From positions 1 through 23,312 of the forward strand of contig JBNJGP010000044.1 of assembly GCA_051747805.1 (NCBI GenBank): DNA of 23,312 nucleotides, written 5' to 3'. Shown one piece after another: positions 1 to 8,808 of this stretch (position 1 is the stretch's first letter; every line of letters starts with the position of its first letter). The notes beneath the pieces were generated by a model. It ran no database searches and was not told the origin of the DNA. It saw only the letters and a list, made by a program, of their open reading frames with translations. The stretch comes from Candidatus Muiribacteriota bacterium (GTDB taxonomy: Bacteria; Muiribacteriota; Muiribacteriia; Muiribacteriales; Muiribacteriaceae). The position numbers and the translations under genes were made by a program.

Positions 1-21
1 TATTTTCATTGAGAATTGCTG
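1..21 (-). mobile_element. Terminal fragment of a second copy of the MITE-like element, truncated by the window edge
   Basis: Bases 1-21 (TATTTTCATTGAGAATTGCTG) are the exact reverse complement of 10823-10843, the left end of the internal element. Confidence 0.8.
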
Positions 22-74
22 AATTTTATCTTATTTACTGGAATTATATTAAAATAAATGATAATATTGAAAAT

Positions 75-1775
75 ATGAATCACAATTTAAATGAATACTT
101 CCAGGCCCTCAGCTCCGCTGACTGGAAAGAACGAAAAAAAAACGCAGATGAAATATCTGTCTTATTAAACAACACTTTTACCCGTTTAGATAAACTTTTT
201 CTTTTGCTTAAAAATCATCTTGAAGACGGAAATGAGGATTCTAAATACTGGATAACAGAAATTCTCAGTAATGTTGACAGAAGCTATATAGTTGAGTTTC
301 TTCTTGAACTTCTCATTTCTGATACTGCAGATAAAGAGTTAATTTTTCATATTAGCCGTATTCTGAAAAAACATGTAAAAAAGTACTGCAATATTTATAA
401 AAAATATTATTTAAACAGTAATGATAATTCCAGATATATTATATTAAAAATATTTGAGGATTCTTATTTAAGCGAAATGAAAAATTTTTATTGTGGTCAG
501 CTTAAAGATAAATACTGGAAAATCAGGCTTAAAGCTCTTGAGTTATATTCAGAGGTTGCCTCTCCGGTTGAAATTACAGAAATTCACTTTTTGATAAATG
601 ATGAAAATGTATATGTATATAAAAAATATATTGATATAATTACCAGACTCGAAATTGGTGAAAGGTTTAATTTTAAAAAGTTATGCAGTCATATATTAAA
701 TAATATGTCTCAAAAGAATATTCAGAAATTTTCCCGGATGACTCTTGAGTTTAAAACTTTCAACAATATCAATGATTTTTTCAATTCCCTTACTGAGGTT
801 GATAATTATCTTCTTTTTTTATGTTTTAGACTGCTTTTTGAAGAAAAAAATTTTTTAGGGGAATATTTAAAAGAGCTTCCAGTAGATGATAGATTAGTAT
901 TCTGGTATGTTTATTCGCTTAGAAACTCAGATAAAAATTATTATGAAGAAAGCCTTGTATCGCTGCTTGAGCGCAATAAACATAAGATGATTACAGAAAT
1001 TATTCTTGATACTGTTATTCTAAAAGAAATCAGACTAGCTTCAGATATTTTAGAGTTGATTTTCAATCGTTTTCGTCAGAATTCTATTTATATTAAACTT
1101 TTAAATATCGCGTCCAAGCAGAAAGATGAAGTCTTGATTCCGCAATGTCTTTCAATAATTGATGAATGTGATAATAAACTGCGTCTTGAAATAGTCAGAT
1201 ATATCGGTAATTTTAAAAATGAAATATATATACCTCATTTAATAAAAAGGTTTGATGATTCTTACTGGCCTGTCAGAAAATATTCAGCTGGAGTTCTTAT
1301 TGACTGGGGAAAAGAAGTAGTTGATTATTTGAAAGAATTTCTGAACTCCGAAAACAGCAATAAAAGTTTCTGGAGTACCTATGTTTATATAAATCTGATT
1401 ACGGAAGAAAATCTCAGTGAAATAGAGATATTATACAAAAAAAACAATATTAACTTAAAAAAAATTATTATAAGAAATGTTGCAAAACTTGATTCTCTTT
1501 CAGCAGTAAAATTTTTAAAAAACAAATATGAACCTGGGGAACCAGAGATTATCAGAGAAATTTTACATGCTGCATTATATATGCAGGAACAAAAAAGTAA
1601 AATTTATCCCATTGTAAAAAAACATATTAATATTTCTAATGAGGCTAACTGTCTTGTTGCACTGCTTTTTGTAAAAAAATTTTTTAAGAAAGATTTATCA
1701 AAATTCATGAAAAAAATACCTGAAAAAAAAGTTAAATCATCTGAACTAAAGCAATTTTTAAGAAAAAACTCTTAA
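75..1775 (+). CDS. HEAT/PBS-lyase-like repeat protein
   Basis: Long ORF with recurring helical repeat motifs (WKERKKNA, YWKIRLKALE, LRLEIVRYIGNF, YWPVRKYSAGVL). The track start (TTG at 9) lies inside the repeat's TIR, so ATG at 75 is preferred. Confidence 0.75.
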   Translation: MNHNLNEYFQALSSADWKERKKNADEISVLLNNTFTRLDKLFLLLKNHLEDGNEDSKYWITEILSNVDRSYIVEFLLELLISDTADKELIFHISRILKKHVKKYCNIYKKYYLNSNDNSRYIILKIFEDSYLSEMKNFYCGQLKDKYWKIRLKALELYSEVASPVEITEIHFLINDENVYVYKKYIDIITRLEIGERFNFKKLCSHILNNMSQKNIQKFSRMTLEFKTFNNINDFFNSLTEVDNYLLFLCFRLLFEEKNFLGEYLKELPVDDRLVFWYVYSLRNSDKNYYEESLVSLLERNKHKMITEIILDTVILKEIRLASDILELIFNRFRQNSIYIKLLNIASKQKDEVLIPQCLSIIDECDNKLRLEIVRYIGNFKNEIYIPHLIKRFDDSYWPVRKYSAGVLIDWGKEVVDYLKEFLNSENSNKSFWSTYVYINLITEENLSEIEILYKKNNINLKKIIIRNVAKLDSLSAVKFLKNKYEPGEPEIIREILHAALYMQEQKSKIYPIVKKHINISNEANCLVALLFVKKFFKKDLSKFMKKIPEKKVKSSELKQFLRKNS

Positions 1776-1797
1776 ATAACGTTCTATACTCATTCCT

Positions 1798-1825
1798 TAA
1801 AGTCATTATTTAATTCAACCGATAG
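1798..1825 (+). promoter_or_regulatory. Putative sigma28 (FliA/SigD-type) promoter
   Basis: TAAA(1798-1801)-N16-ACCGATAG(1818-1825), compared with the consensus TAAA-N15/16-GCCGATAA. Confidence 0.45.
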
Positions 1826-1949
1826 ATATATAAGAAACATATATTAAATGGTAATTTTAAATTAAAAATCCAACCGAGTTAAAAAAGGATTTCAGGGCCA
1901 GTTTATAATTGCCATAACAAGAAAATGTTTTGAAAAAAGGGAGGTTTAT

Positions 1950-2060
1950 ATGAAAAAAAGAAATATAAGACCTGAAAATTTATTTAGAGATATTAATGAA
2001 AAAGATGATGAAATACTTATTTCCAGACAAAGAAATAATAGAAATACGCTCTTTTTTTAA
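1950..2060 (+). CDS. Small ORF, 36 aa (MKKRNIRPENLFRDINEKDDEILISRQRNNRNTLFF), function unknown
   Basis: Strong SD GGGAGGT (1939-1945) just before ATG 1950. The stop TAA ends 2 nt before the yggS ATG. It is below the ORF-track length cutoff. Confidence 0.6.
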   Translation: MKKRNIRPENLFRDINEKDDEILISRQRNNRNTLFF

Positions 2061-2062
2061 AA

Positions 2063-2728
2063 ATGAACAAAGTATATCAGAACATAGAAAAAATAAATAA
2101 GAATATACAAGAATACAACCCGCAGGCCCGACTTGTAGCTGTAACAAAATATACTAATAATGAAAAAATAATGGAAGCTTATAATTATGGGTTAAGGGAT
2201 TTTGCCGAAAATTATGTTCAGAGATTAGTTGAAAGAAGCCAGGAGTTTCCTGATGACATAAACTGGCATATGATTGGTCATATACAAAGTAATAAAGTGA
2301 AATATCTGACCAGAATAAAGAATCTTAAAATGATTCATTCAATAGAACGTATAAAAATAGTAAAAGAATTTGAGAAAAGGTTGGATAAAGAGGTTACCGG
2401 GTTGCTGGAAATTAATCTTTCGGGAGAGAAATCAAAATCTGGAATTTCGCCTGAGGAAGTAGAGGCCTTTTTTGAAAAATACCTGGAACTTAACCCTAAT
2501 AAGCTAATTATAAAAGGCCTTATGACAATATCGCCTTTAGGGGCGAAAGAGAGTCAAAAAGAAGAAGTTTTTAAAAAACTTGAAGAAATAAAAAAAAATA
2601 TTAATAAAAAATTCCCAGAAAGTCGATTATTTTTAATAGAGCTGTCAATGGGAATGACAGATGATTACGTTTTAGCTTTAAAAAATAACTCGACAATCAT
2701 AAGATTGGGAAGTGCAATATTTAGTTAA
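2063..2728 (+). CDS. yggS: PLP homeostasis protein YggS/YlmE
   Basis: Motifs LVAVTK (PLP lysine), FAENYVQ, WHMIGHIQSNK, LSMGMTDD, IIRLGSAIF. Lies upstream of sepF. Confidence 0.95.
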   Translation: MNKVYQNIEKINKNIQEYNPQARLVAVTKYTNNEKIMEAYNYGLRDFAENYVQRLVERSQEFPDDINWHMIGHIQSNKVKYLTRIKNLKMIHSIERIKIVKEFEKRLDKEVTGLLEINLSGEKSKSGISPEEVEAFFEKYLELNPNKLIIKGLMTISPLGAKESQKEEVFKKLEEIKKNINKKFPESRLFLIELSMGMTDDYVLALKNNSTIIRLGSAIFS

Positions 2729-2742
2729 GGGGGAAACAAAAA

Positions 2743-3144
2743 ATGGCTGAAAAATCACTCTGGAAAAGAATGTTAAGTTTAATAGGTGTTGAAGAATATG
2801 AAGAAGAATATGCCCAGGATGATATGAATAATCCTAAGGTGATTGATTTCAACTCCAGAAACGCAACCGAAGTAATGATTGTTTCGGTAGAATCTTTTGA
2901 AGATGCAAAAAAAATTACAAGTTATCTCAGACAGAGAAGAGGAATAATTCTTAATTTAAGAAACGTTATTAAAGAAGAGGCTAAAAGAATTATAGATTTT
3001 GTGTGCGGAACTACTTTTGCCTTAAATGGTAATATGCAGAAAATCGCCGATGATATTTTTCTTTTTACACCTTATAACATCGTTATTGCAGATGAAACAA
3101 AAAAAGAAGATTCCTTAAGTGAGGCTAAGGCAAGAGAAGCTTAA
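2743..3144 (+). CDS. sepF: Cell division protein SepF
   Basis: Motifs SFEDAKKI, AKRIIDFVCGTTFALNG, IFLFTP, with an N-terminal amphipathic helix. Conserved gene context. Confidence 0.95.
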   Translation: MAEKSLWKRMLSLIGVEEYEEEYAQDDMNNPKVIDFNSRNATEVMIVSVESFEDAKKITSYLRQRRGIILNLRNVIKEEAKRIIDFVCGTTFALNGNMQKIADDIFLFTPYNIVIADETKKEDSLSEAKAREA

Positions 3145-3149
3145 AATTT

Positions 3150-3416
3150 ATGAATAATCAGCTGGATCCGAGATTTATAGTTCAAGTAATTTTTATAAGT
3201 TTGAAAGTTTTGATTTTCTTAAGAATTATTATGTCCTGGCTTTTTTTAAACGACAGGTCAAATGATTTTGTTGAGTTTGTTTATAGTTTTACAGAGCCGA
3301 TTTTAAAGCCTTTCAGAGTAGTAATACCAATGGGTATGGGTGGTATAGATTTGTCGCCTATTCTAGCTTTGATAGTATTGAATTTTTTAGAACAGATAAT
3401 AATACAACTCCTTTAA
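3150..3416 (+). CDS. yggT: YggT/YlmG family membrane protein
   Basis: Motifs RIIMSW, TEPILKPFR, GGIDLSPI. Confidence 0.93.
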   Translation: MNNQLDPRFIVQVIFISLKVLIFLRIIMSWLFLNDRSNDFVEFVYSFTEPILKPFRVVIPMGMGGIDLSPILALIVLNFLEQIIIQLL

Positions 3417-3440
3417 ATTTACGGGAGGGGGTAAAAACAA

Positions 3441-3977
3441 ATGAGTATGAGAATTACACCGCTGGATATTAGAAAAAGAGTTTTTTCAAAAAGTTTCAGA
3501 GGGTACAGCATTGAAGAAGTAGATGAGTTCATGCATACTGTATCTGAAGAGTTTAACAGAATTTATACAGAGAACAAAAATAATAAAAATGAAGTTGCAA
3601 AACTTGAAGAAACAATAAAAGAGTTTCAGGAAATGGAGAAAACTCTTAAACAGGCATTACTGTCAGCCCAGAAAACTTCTGGCCAGTTAAAAACTAATGC
3701 TGAAAGAGAATGTCAGCTTATAATTAAAGAAGCAGAGCTGAACGCAGAGAAAATAGTTGAAAGTGCCAAAGAAGAAGCAAAGGATTTAATGAAAAATATA
3801 AAGCTTCTTCAGAGAAGAAAAAATATGATAAAAATGGAGCTAAAAGCTAAGCTTGAATCATATATGGAAGCTTTAGGACTGAATGATGAGGAATTTGAAA
3901 AAAGAACCAGGAACAAAGAAGAAAAACCTTTAATATCAAGGAAAAAAAATGGAAATAAAGGCGATAACAGTAAATGA
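3441..3977 (+). CDS. divIVA: DivIVA domain protein
   Basis: ITPLDIRKRVFSKSFRGYSIEEVDEF followed by a coiled coil. SD GGAGGGGG. Confidence 0.95.
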   Translation: MSMRITPLDIRKRVFSKSFRGYSIEEVDEFMHTVSEEFNRIYTENKNNKNEVAKLEETIKEFQEMEKTLKQALLSAQKTSGQLKTNAERECQLIIKEAELNAEKIVESAKEEAKDLMKNIKLLQRRKNMIKMELKAKLESYMEALGLNDEEFEKRTRNKEEKPLISRKKNGNKGDNSK

Positions 3978-4992
3978 TAATAGAAAAACTGTCACACTCA
4001 TTGATCAGCGGATATTACCAGTTAAATTAGAATATTTCGAATGTAAAAATAGTTCAGATATTTTCAATTCAATAAAAGAGATGATTGTGCGTGGAGCACC
4101 GGCAATTGGTATCTGTGCACTTTTCGGGGCTTATTTTTCTTTCAGGGAAAGTCGTAATATAGATGAATTCACAGAAAAACTTGCTTATCTAGAAAGCGCC
4201 AGACCAACCGCGGTTAATCTGAGATGGGCAATAAAAAAAAGTTTTGAAATAGTTAATAAAAGTAAAAATCGTGAAAAAGACAATATTCTTTCAAAATTAT
4301 GGGTTAATAGTTGTCAGGAGTTGCAAAAAGATATAAACATAAATCAAAAAATTGGTAAAAATGGACTTCAGGTATTAGATGGAAAAAAAGAAATAAACTT
4401 TTTAACTCACTGTAATGCTGGAGCACTTGCAACTGGTGGTTATGGAACGGCCCTGGGGGTAATCCGCAAGGCTTATGAAAAATTTGAAAAAATTCATGTT
4501 TTTGTAGATGAAACAAGACCCTATCTTCAGGGGGCAAGATTAACTGCGTGGGAACTATATAAGGAAGAAATACCCTACACGCTTATATGTGATAATATGG
4601 CAGGCTTTTTTATGAAACAGAAAAAAATTGACCTTGTGGTTACTGGTGCTGACCGCATTGCTTTAAACGGTGACAGTGCTAATAAAATAGGCACATATTC
4701 TCTTGCTGTTCTTTCAAAGTTTCATAATATTCCTTTTTATATAGCTGCTCCTGTTTCTACATTTGATTTTAATATAAAATCTGGAAAGGATATACCTATT
4801 GAGTATAGAAGTCAGTGTGAAATTATAAATATTGGGGATATACCCGTGACTTTCAGCGAATGCAAAACAGAAAATCCATCTTTTGATGTAACTCCAGCTT
4901 CATTAATAAGCGGCATTATCACAGAACACGGTGTATTAATACCACCATATACTGAAAAAATTATTAAACTAAAGGAAAAAAATAATGATTAA
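3949..4992 (+). CDS. mtnA: Methylthioribose-1-phosphate (or 5-deoxyribose-1-P) isomerase
   Basis: Motifs DQRILP, MIVRGAPAIG, RPTAVNL, LTHCNAGALAT, ETRPYLQGARLT, GADRI, NKIGT, NPSFDVTP. Confidence 0.95.
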   Translation: MEIKAITVNDNRKTVTLIDQRILPVKLEYFECKNSSDIFNSIKEMIVRGAPAIGICALFGAYFSFRESRNIDEFTEKLAYLESARPTAVNLRWAIKKSFEIVNKSKNREKDNILSKLWVNSCQELQKDININQKIGKNGLQVLDGKKEINFLTHCNAGALATGGYGTALGVIRKAYEKFEKIHVFVDETRPYLQGARLTAWELYKEEIPYTLICDNMAGFFMKQKKIDLVVTGADRIALNGDSANKIGTYSLAVLSKFHNIPFYIAAPVSTFDFNIKSGKDIPIEYRSQCEIINIGDIPVTFSECKTENPSFDVTPASLISGIITEHGVLIPPYTEKIIKLKEKNND

Positions 4993-5542
4993 TAATTATT
5001 TGAGCATATTTAAGTTTACGGGAAATAAACTATTTGAGGCAGGTTTGAATAATTTTTATTCGGGTAATATTTCGGTATGTGTAGATGATTTGATTATTAT
5101 AACAGCTGCCGGAACAATGCTTTCTGAACTGGAAAAAAAAGACCTTGTAATGGTATCTTTAAAAGGGAATAATTATAATAAAGCTTCATCAGAACTTCCG
5201 GTACATAAGGAAATATATAAAAAAACTGAATATAAAGCAGTAGTGCATGCACATCCTGTTTATACAGTTGTGAACTCTTTAAAAAGCAAAGGGAAAATTG
5301 ATTTAATAGACGGAGAAGGAAACTTTTATTTTCCACATGGAATTCCTGTGCTTGAGTGTAAAAACACTGTGGCCTCAGAGGAAGTGGCCTTAAAAATTCC
5401 TGAACATTTTAATACTTCACCTGCTGTAATTGTTAAGGGACATGGTATTTTTTCATGTGCAAATACAGTTGAAGGGGCTGCTAAATGGATTTCAGCAGTT
5501 GAGCATTCAATGAAAATATTGTATTTAAAAAAAAATTATTAA
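4985..5542 (+). CDS. Class II aldolase/adducin family protein (Ald2/FucA/MtnB-like)
   Basis: Motifs SGNISV, IIITAAG, ASSELPVH, HAHP, GHG (metal-binding His). Overlaps the mtnA stop. Confidence 0.9.
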   Translation: MINNYLSIFKFTGNKLFEAGLNNFYSGNISVCVDDLIIITAAGTMLSELEKKDLVMVSLKGNNYNKASSELPVHKEIYKKTEYKAVVHAHPVYTVVNSLKSKGKIDLIDGEGNFYFPHGIPVLECKNTVASEEVALKIPEHFNTSPAVIVKGHGIFSCANTVEGAAKWISAVEHSMKILYLKKNY

Positions 5543-5557
5543 GAAAGGATTTTTTCG

Positions 5558-6157
5558 ATGGTAAAAGACTTGATAGTTAGAATAATGTTTATTGCAACAG
5601 TAATAATCTTTACTGCCGCCATATGGCCCTTTTTCTTTATAAAGAATATGAAAAAAATATATTTAAGATTTACTTTCTTTGGAATTTTTTTATTATATTT
5701 TTTAATTGACCGTTTCACCAAATTTATTATTTTTGATAATTTTGAGCTTCACGAAACAGTACCGGTTATTTCAGATATACTTCATATTACCTATATAAGA
5801 AATTATGGAGCCGCATTTGGGCTGTTTCAACATAAAATAGCATTATTTGTTGTTGTAGCAATAATATCTGTTGGAATGATTTTCTTTTATGCGTTTTCTA
5901 AACATTCTGAAAGAATATGGACTCAGGTTGCACTTGGTTCACTTCTGGGTGGAGCTTTCGGTAATCTTTATGACAGGGTATTATATGGTTATGTAGTAGA
6001 TTTTATAGATTTCAGAATTATTAATTTTCCAATATTTAATTTTGCAGATGTGGTTATAGATATTGGAATAATAATGCTTTTTTATGAAATAATATTTTTA
6101 GAAGAGACAAACACAAAAGATAAAAAGGATGTAAAAAATGTATCCAGTATTATTTGA
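5558..6157 (+). CDS. lspA: Signal peptidase II
   Basis: Motifs DRFTK, NYGAAFG, GNLYDR, VVDFID, FNFAD. Confidence 0.95.
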   Translation: MVKDLIVRIMFIATVIIFTAAIWPFFFIKNMKKIYLRFTFFGIFLLYFLIDRFTKFIIFDNFELHETVPVISDILHITYIRNYGAAFGLFQHKIALFVVVAIISVGMIFFYAFSKHSERIWTQVALGSLLGGAFGNLYDRVLYGYVVDFIDFRIINFPIFNFADVVIDIGIIMLFYEIIFLEETNTKDKKDVKNVSSII

Positions 6158-6887
6158 AATTGGCGGTATGGAACTAAGGACTTATGGACTTTTTTTTGCA
6201 ATGACCTTCATAGCTGCAATTATTTTTGGTTTGTTCAGGGCGAAAAAATATAATATAAGTTCTGATGAGGTTTATGAATTTGCCTTTTATATAATGTTTG
6301 GAGCAATTATAGGGGCAAAATTATTAAGTTTAGTTGTAGATTTTCAGTATATAATTAAAAACGGTATAACTTTGCGGGTTCTTTTTGCAGGGTTTGTTTT
6401 TTATGGCGGGTTAATCGGGGGAACATTAGGTGGAATTGCCTATGTTTATAAAAATAAAAAAAATTATGGGGAATTTGCAGATTTTGTTGCTCCAATAGTG
6501 CCGACTTCTCATGCTATTGGAAGATTTGGCTGCTTTTTTAATGGTTGTTGTTATGGAAAAACAACAGATAGTGTGTTTGGGGTGGTTTTCCCAAATTTAA
6601 TGGACGGTAATCCACGTTATCCAACACAACTTTTTGAGGCTGTTTTTCTTATAGGTTTAACTGTTTTTCTGCTTTTATATAATAATAGAAGAAAATATTC
6701 CAGCCATCTTTTTGTGATATATATAACAGTTTATTCAATTTTTAGATTTTTTAATGAAATGTTACGGGGAGATTTCAGAGGTGGCGTTTTTGGTCTTTCA
6801 ACTTCGCAGTGGATTTCTATTTTCATATTTTCAGCTGCAATAATTTATCATATTAAAAATAAATGGAAAAATAAAGATGAAGGCTGA
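6138..6887 (+). CDS. lgt: Prolipoprotein diacylglyceryl transferase
   Basis: Motifs MYPVLF..TYG, FYGGLIGG, GRFGCFFNGCCYG, YPTQLFE, EMLRGD. Multiple TM segments. Confidence 0.93.
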   Translation: MYPVLFEIGGMELRTYGLFFAMTFIAAIIFGLFRAKKYNISSDEVYEFAFYIMFGAIIGAKLLSLVVDFQYIIKNGITLRVLFAGFVFYGGLIGGTLGGIAYVYKNKKNYGEFADFVAPIVPTSHAIGRFGCFFNGCCYGKTTDSVFGVVFPNLMDGNPRYPTQLFEAVFLIGLTVFLLLYNNRRKYSSHLFVIYITVYSIFRFFNEMLRGDFRGGVFGLSTSQWISIFIFSAAIIYHIKNKWKNKDEG

Positions 6888-7794
6888 AATAAAAAATCAT
6901 ATTCCGTATTATTATGGTGAAAGAATTGATATATATCTGAAAAAAGAACTTCTTACTCAGATTTCAAGATCTAAAATTCAGAAGTTTATCAAAGAAGGGA
7001 AAGTTATAGTATCTGGTAAAAAGGTAAAATCCAATTATATTCTTCGGGAATATGATGTTATAGAATATAGTTTTGAATATAATAAAAAAAATACAATAAC
7101 CGGTGTAAATCTTAATATTCCTTTAATATATGAAGATGAATTTTTTGTTGTTTTAAACAAACCAAGGGGAATAGTTGTTCATCCTGCCGAAAGTGTTAAA
7201 GAACCGACAGTTTTACATCATCTGGTTTATAAAAATATTTCACTGGCCCCGGTAAGCCTTGATAGGCCCGGTGTAGTTCATAGAATAGACAGATATACTT
7301 CTGGTCTTTTAATTGTAGCTAAAACAGTAGAGGCCTATGAAAAAATAACAGAGTTATTTAAATATAAAAAAATATTAAAATTATACAAAGCATTATGTTA
7401 TAATAAATTTAAATATCCAGAAGGGATTATAGATATGCCTGTCGGACGAAATGAAAAGGACAGGAAAAAAATGGCTGTAAAAAAGTCAGGAAAGCAAGCA
7501 GTTACTCATTACAGGGTAATAGAAGAATTTAATAATTATTCTCTGATTGAGTTAAATCTAAAAACAGGAAGAACTCATCAGATAAGAGTGCATCTTGCTC
7601 AATGTGGGCATCCTGTTGTAGGTGACGGGGTTTATGGGCCGGCAAAAAATGAGTTTAACTTGACAGGACAATTTTTACATGCCTGTTTAATAGAGTTTAA
7701 TCACCCTTTTAAAGCTGAGAAAATGCTTTTTGAAAGCGAAATGCCGGAGGAACTTGCAAATGTTATTGGGAGAATTAAAGATGAAAATTTTTAA
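6877..7794 (+). CDS. rluD: RluA/RluD-family pseudouridine synthase with S4 domain
   Basis: S4 domain (RIDIYL..SRSKIQKFI), NKPRGIVVHP, HRIDRYTSG (catalytic Asp), TGRTHQIRVH, LHA. Confidence 0.92.
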   Translation: MKAEIKNHIPYYYGERIDIYLKKELLTQISRSKIQKFIKEGKVIVSGKKVKSNYILREYDVIEYSFEYNKKNTITGVNLNIPLIYEDEFFVVLNKPRGIVVHPAESVKEPTVLHHLVYKNISLAPVSLDRPGVVHRIDRYTSGLLIVAKTVEAYEKITELFKYKKILKLYKALCYNKFKYPEGIIDMPVGRNEKDRKKMAVKKSGKQAVTHYRVIEEFNNYSLIELNLKTGRTHQIRVHLAQCGHPVVGDGVYGPAKNEFNLTGQFLHACLIEFNHPFKAEKMLFESEMPEELANVIGRIKDENF

Positions 7795-8134
7795 AAATAG
7801 AGGAAAAATTGATTATTTTCTACTATTTATTGCATCAGTACTAATTGTATTTGTGCTAGTTGTTTTTCCTCAATATGATTATATAAAACAGAATGTACAG
7901 AATGTCAGCTGCCAGGCAGTCAGACGGTCGCTTAAAGATGCTGTGGATCAGTATAATCTTGAAAATAAAGGGAAAAATTTTCTTGAATTGAAGGAAATAG
8001 ATGTTATAATGCTGAAAGAAGAAAATTATACAGCTGATAAATTTTTAACTTGTCCTGATGGTGGGGTATTAAAAATAAACATGCATGGAGATATATACTG
8101 TACGCTGCATAATCCTGAAAAGGAAGACGAGTGA
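7781..8134 (+). CDS. Type IV pilin/pseudopilin-like protein with a degenerate class III signal peptide
   Basis: ATG 7781: basic leader MKIFKNRG, hydrophobic helix with Pro at +22 after the Gly, then SCQAVRRSLKDAVDQY and a C-terminal CPDGG...C-T-L-H. Confidence 0.65.
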   Translation: MKIFKNRGKIDYFLLFIASVLIVFVLVVFPQYDYIKQNVQNVSCQAVRRSLKDAVDQYNLENKGKNFLELKEIDVIMLKEENYTADKFLTCPDGGVLKINMHGDIYCTLHNPEKEDE

Positions 8135-8148
8135 TATGGAGGGAAAAA

Positions 8149-8808
8149 ATGGCTAACAAACGGTTTCGCAGAAAAATTCTTTTTATAAAAAAAGGACTGC
8201 AGTTCAGGTATATGTTTTCTGTAATTATGATAATGCTTATTTCATCACTTTTTGTAGGTTGGACAATTTATTATACAATATGGAAAGAAGTAGCGAGTCC
8301 TGCCAATATTCAATATAATGAGCTTGAGGCTATATGGGAGCAGATTAATTATCTGCTTTTAATAAGAGTGCCTGCTTTAGCACTTATTGTAGGAGTATCT
8401 TCTTTGATGCTTTCCCATAAAATAGCCGGTCCTGTTTATAGATTTGAGCAGAGTGCAAAGCAGATAGCTAATGGTGATCTGAGTCTGAGAATTGTTTTAA
8501 GAAAAGGGGATGAACTTGTTGAGCTGGCAGATGTTTTTAATAAAATGACGGCTAATCTTGAAAATATTGTTAAAAAAGACAGAGAAGTTATTGAAAGAAT
8601 TATTGGAATTATTGACAAAATTCCTGTTAGTATTAAGCAGGAAGAAATTTCAGATGAAGAAAAAGAAAAGATTATTTATGAACTTACTGATGTTGTTTCT
8701 GAGCTAAAAGAAATAACCTATGCTTTCAGGCTTCGGGAAACTGAAAAAGAAAATAAAAAGGCCGAGGTGGAAGATGAAAAGGAAAATGAAAAAGAGAAAA
8801 AAAGTTAA
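8149..8808 (+). CDS. Two-TM HAMP-domain membrane protein with no output domain
   Basis: SD GGAGGG before ATG 8149. RRKILFIKKGLQFRY, two TM segments, HAMP (SHKIAGPVYRF...GDLSLRIVLRKGDELVELADVFNKM), short coiled-coil tail. Confidence 0.8.
   Translation: MANKRFRRKILFIKKGLQFRYMFSVIMIMLISSLFVGWTIYYTIWKEVASPANIQYNELEAIWEQINYLLLIRVPALALIVGVSSLMLSHKIAGPVYRFEQSAKQIANGDLSLRIVLRKGDELVELADVFNKMTANLENIVKKDREVIERIIGIIDKIPVSIKQEEISDEEKEKIIYELTDVVSELKEITYAFRLRETEKENKKAEVEDEKENEKEKKS

Noticed and set aside
9..74. N-terminal 22 codons of the 588-aa ORF (TTG start at 9)
   Set aside because: The TTG lies within the repeat's TIR and has no SD. ATG 75 is more plausible.
1865..1915. Riboswitch (e.g. c-di-GMP or T-box) in the leader upstream of the sORF
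   Set aside because: Only a 6-bp inverted repeat is present. No GGCAAAC/GCAAAG core, T-box sequence or terminator/antiterminator is visible.
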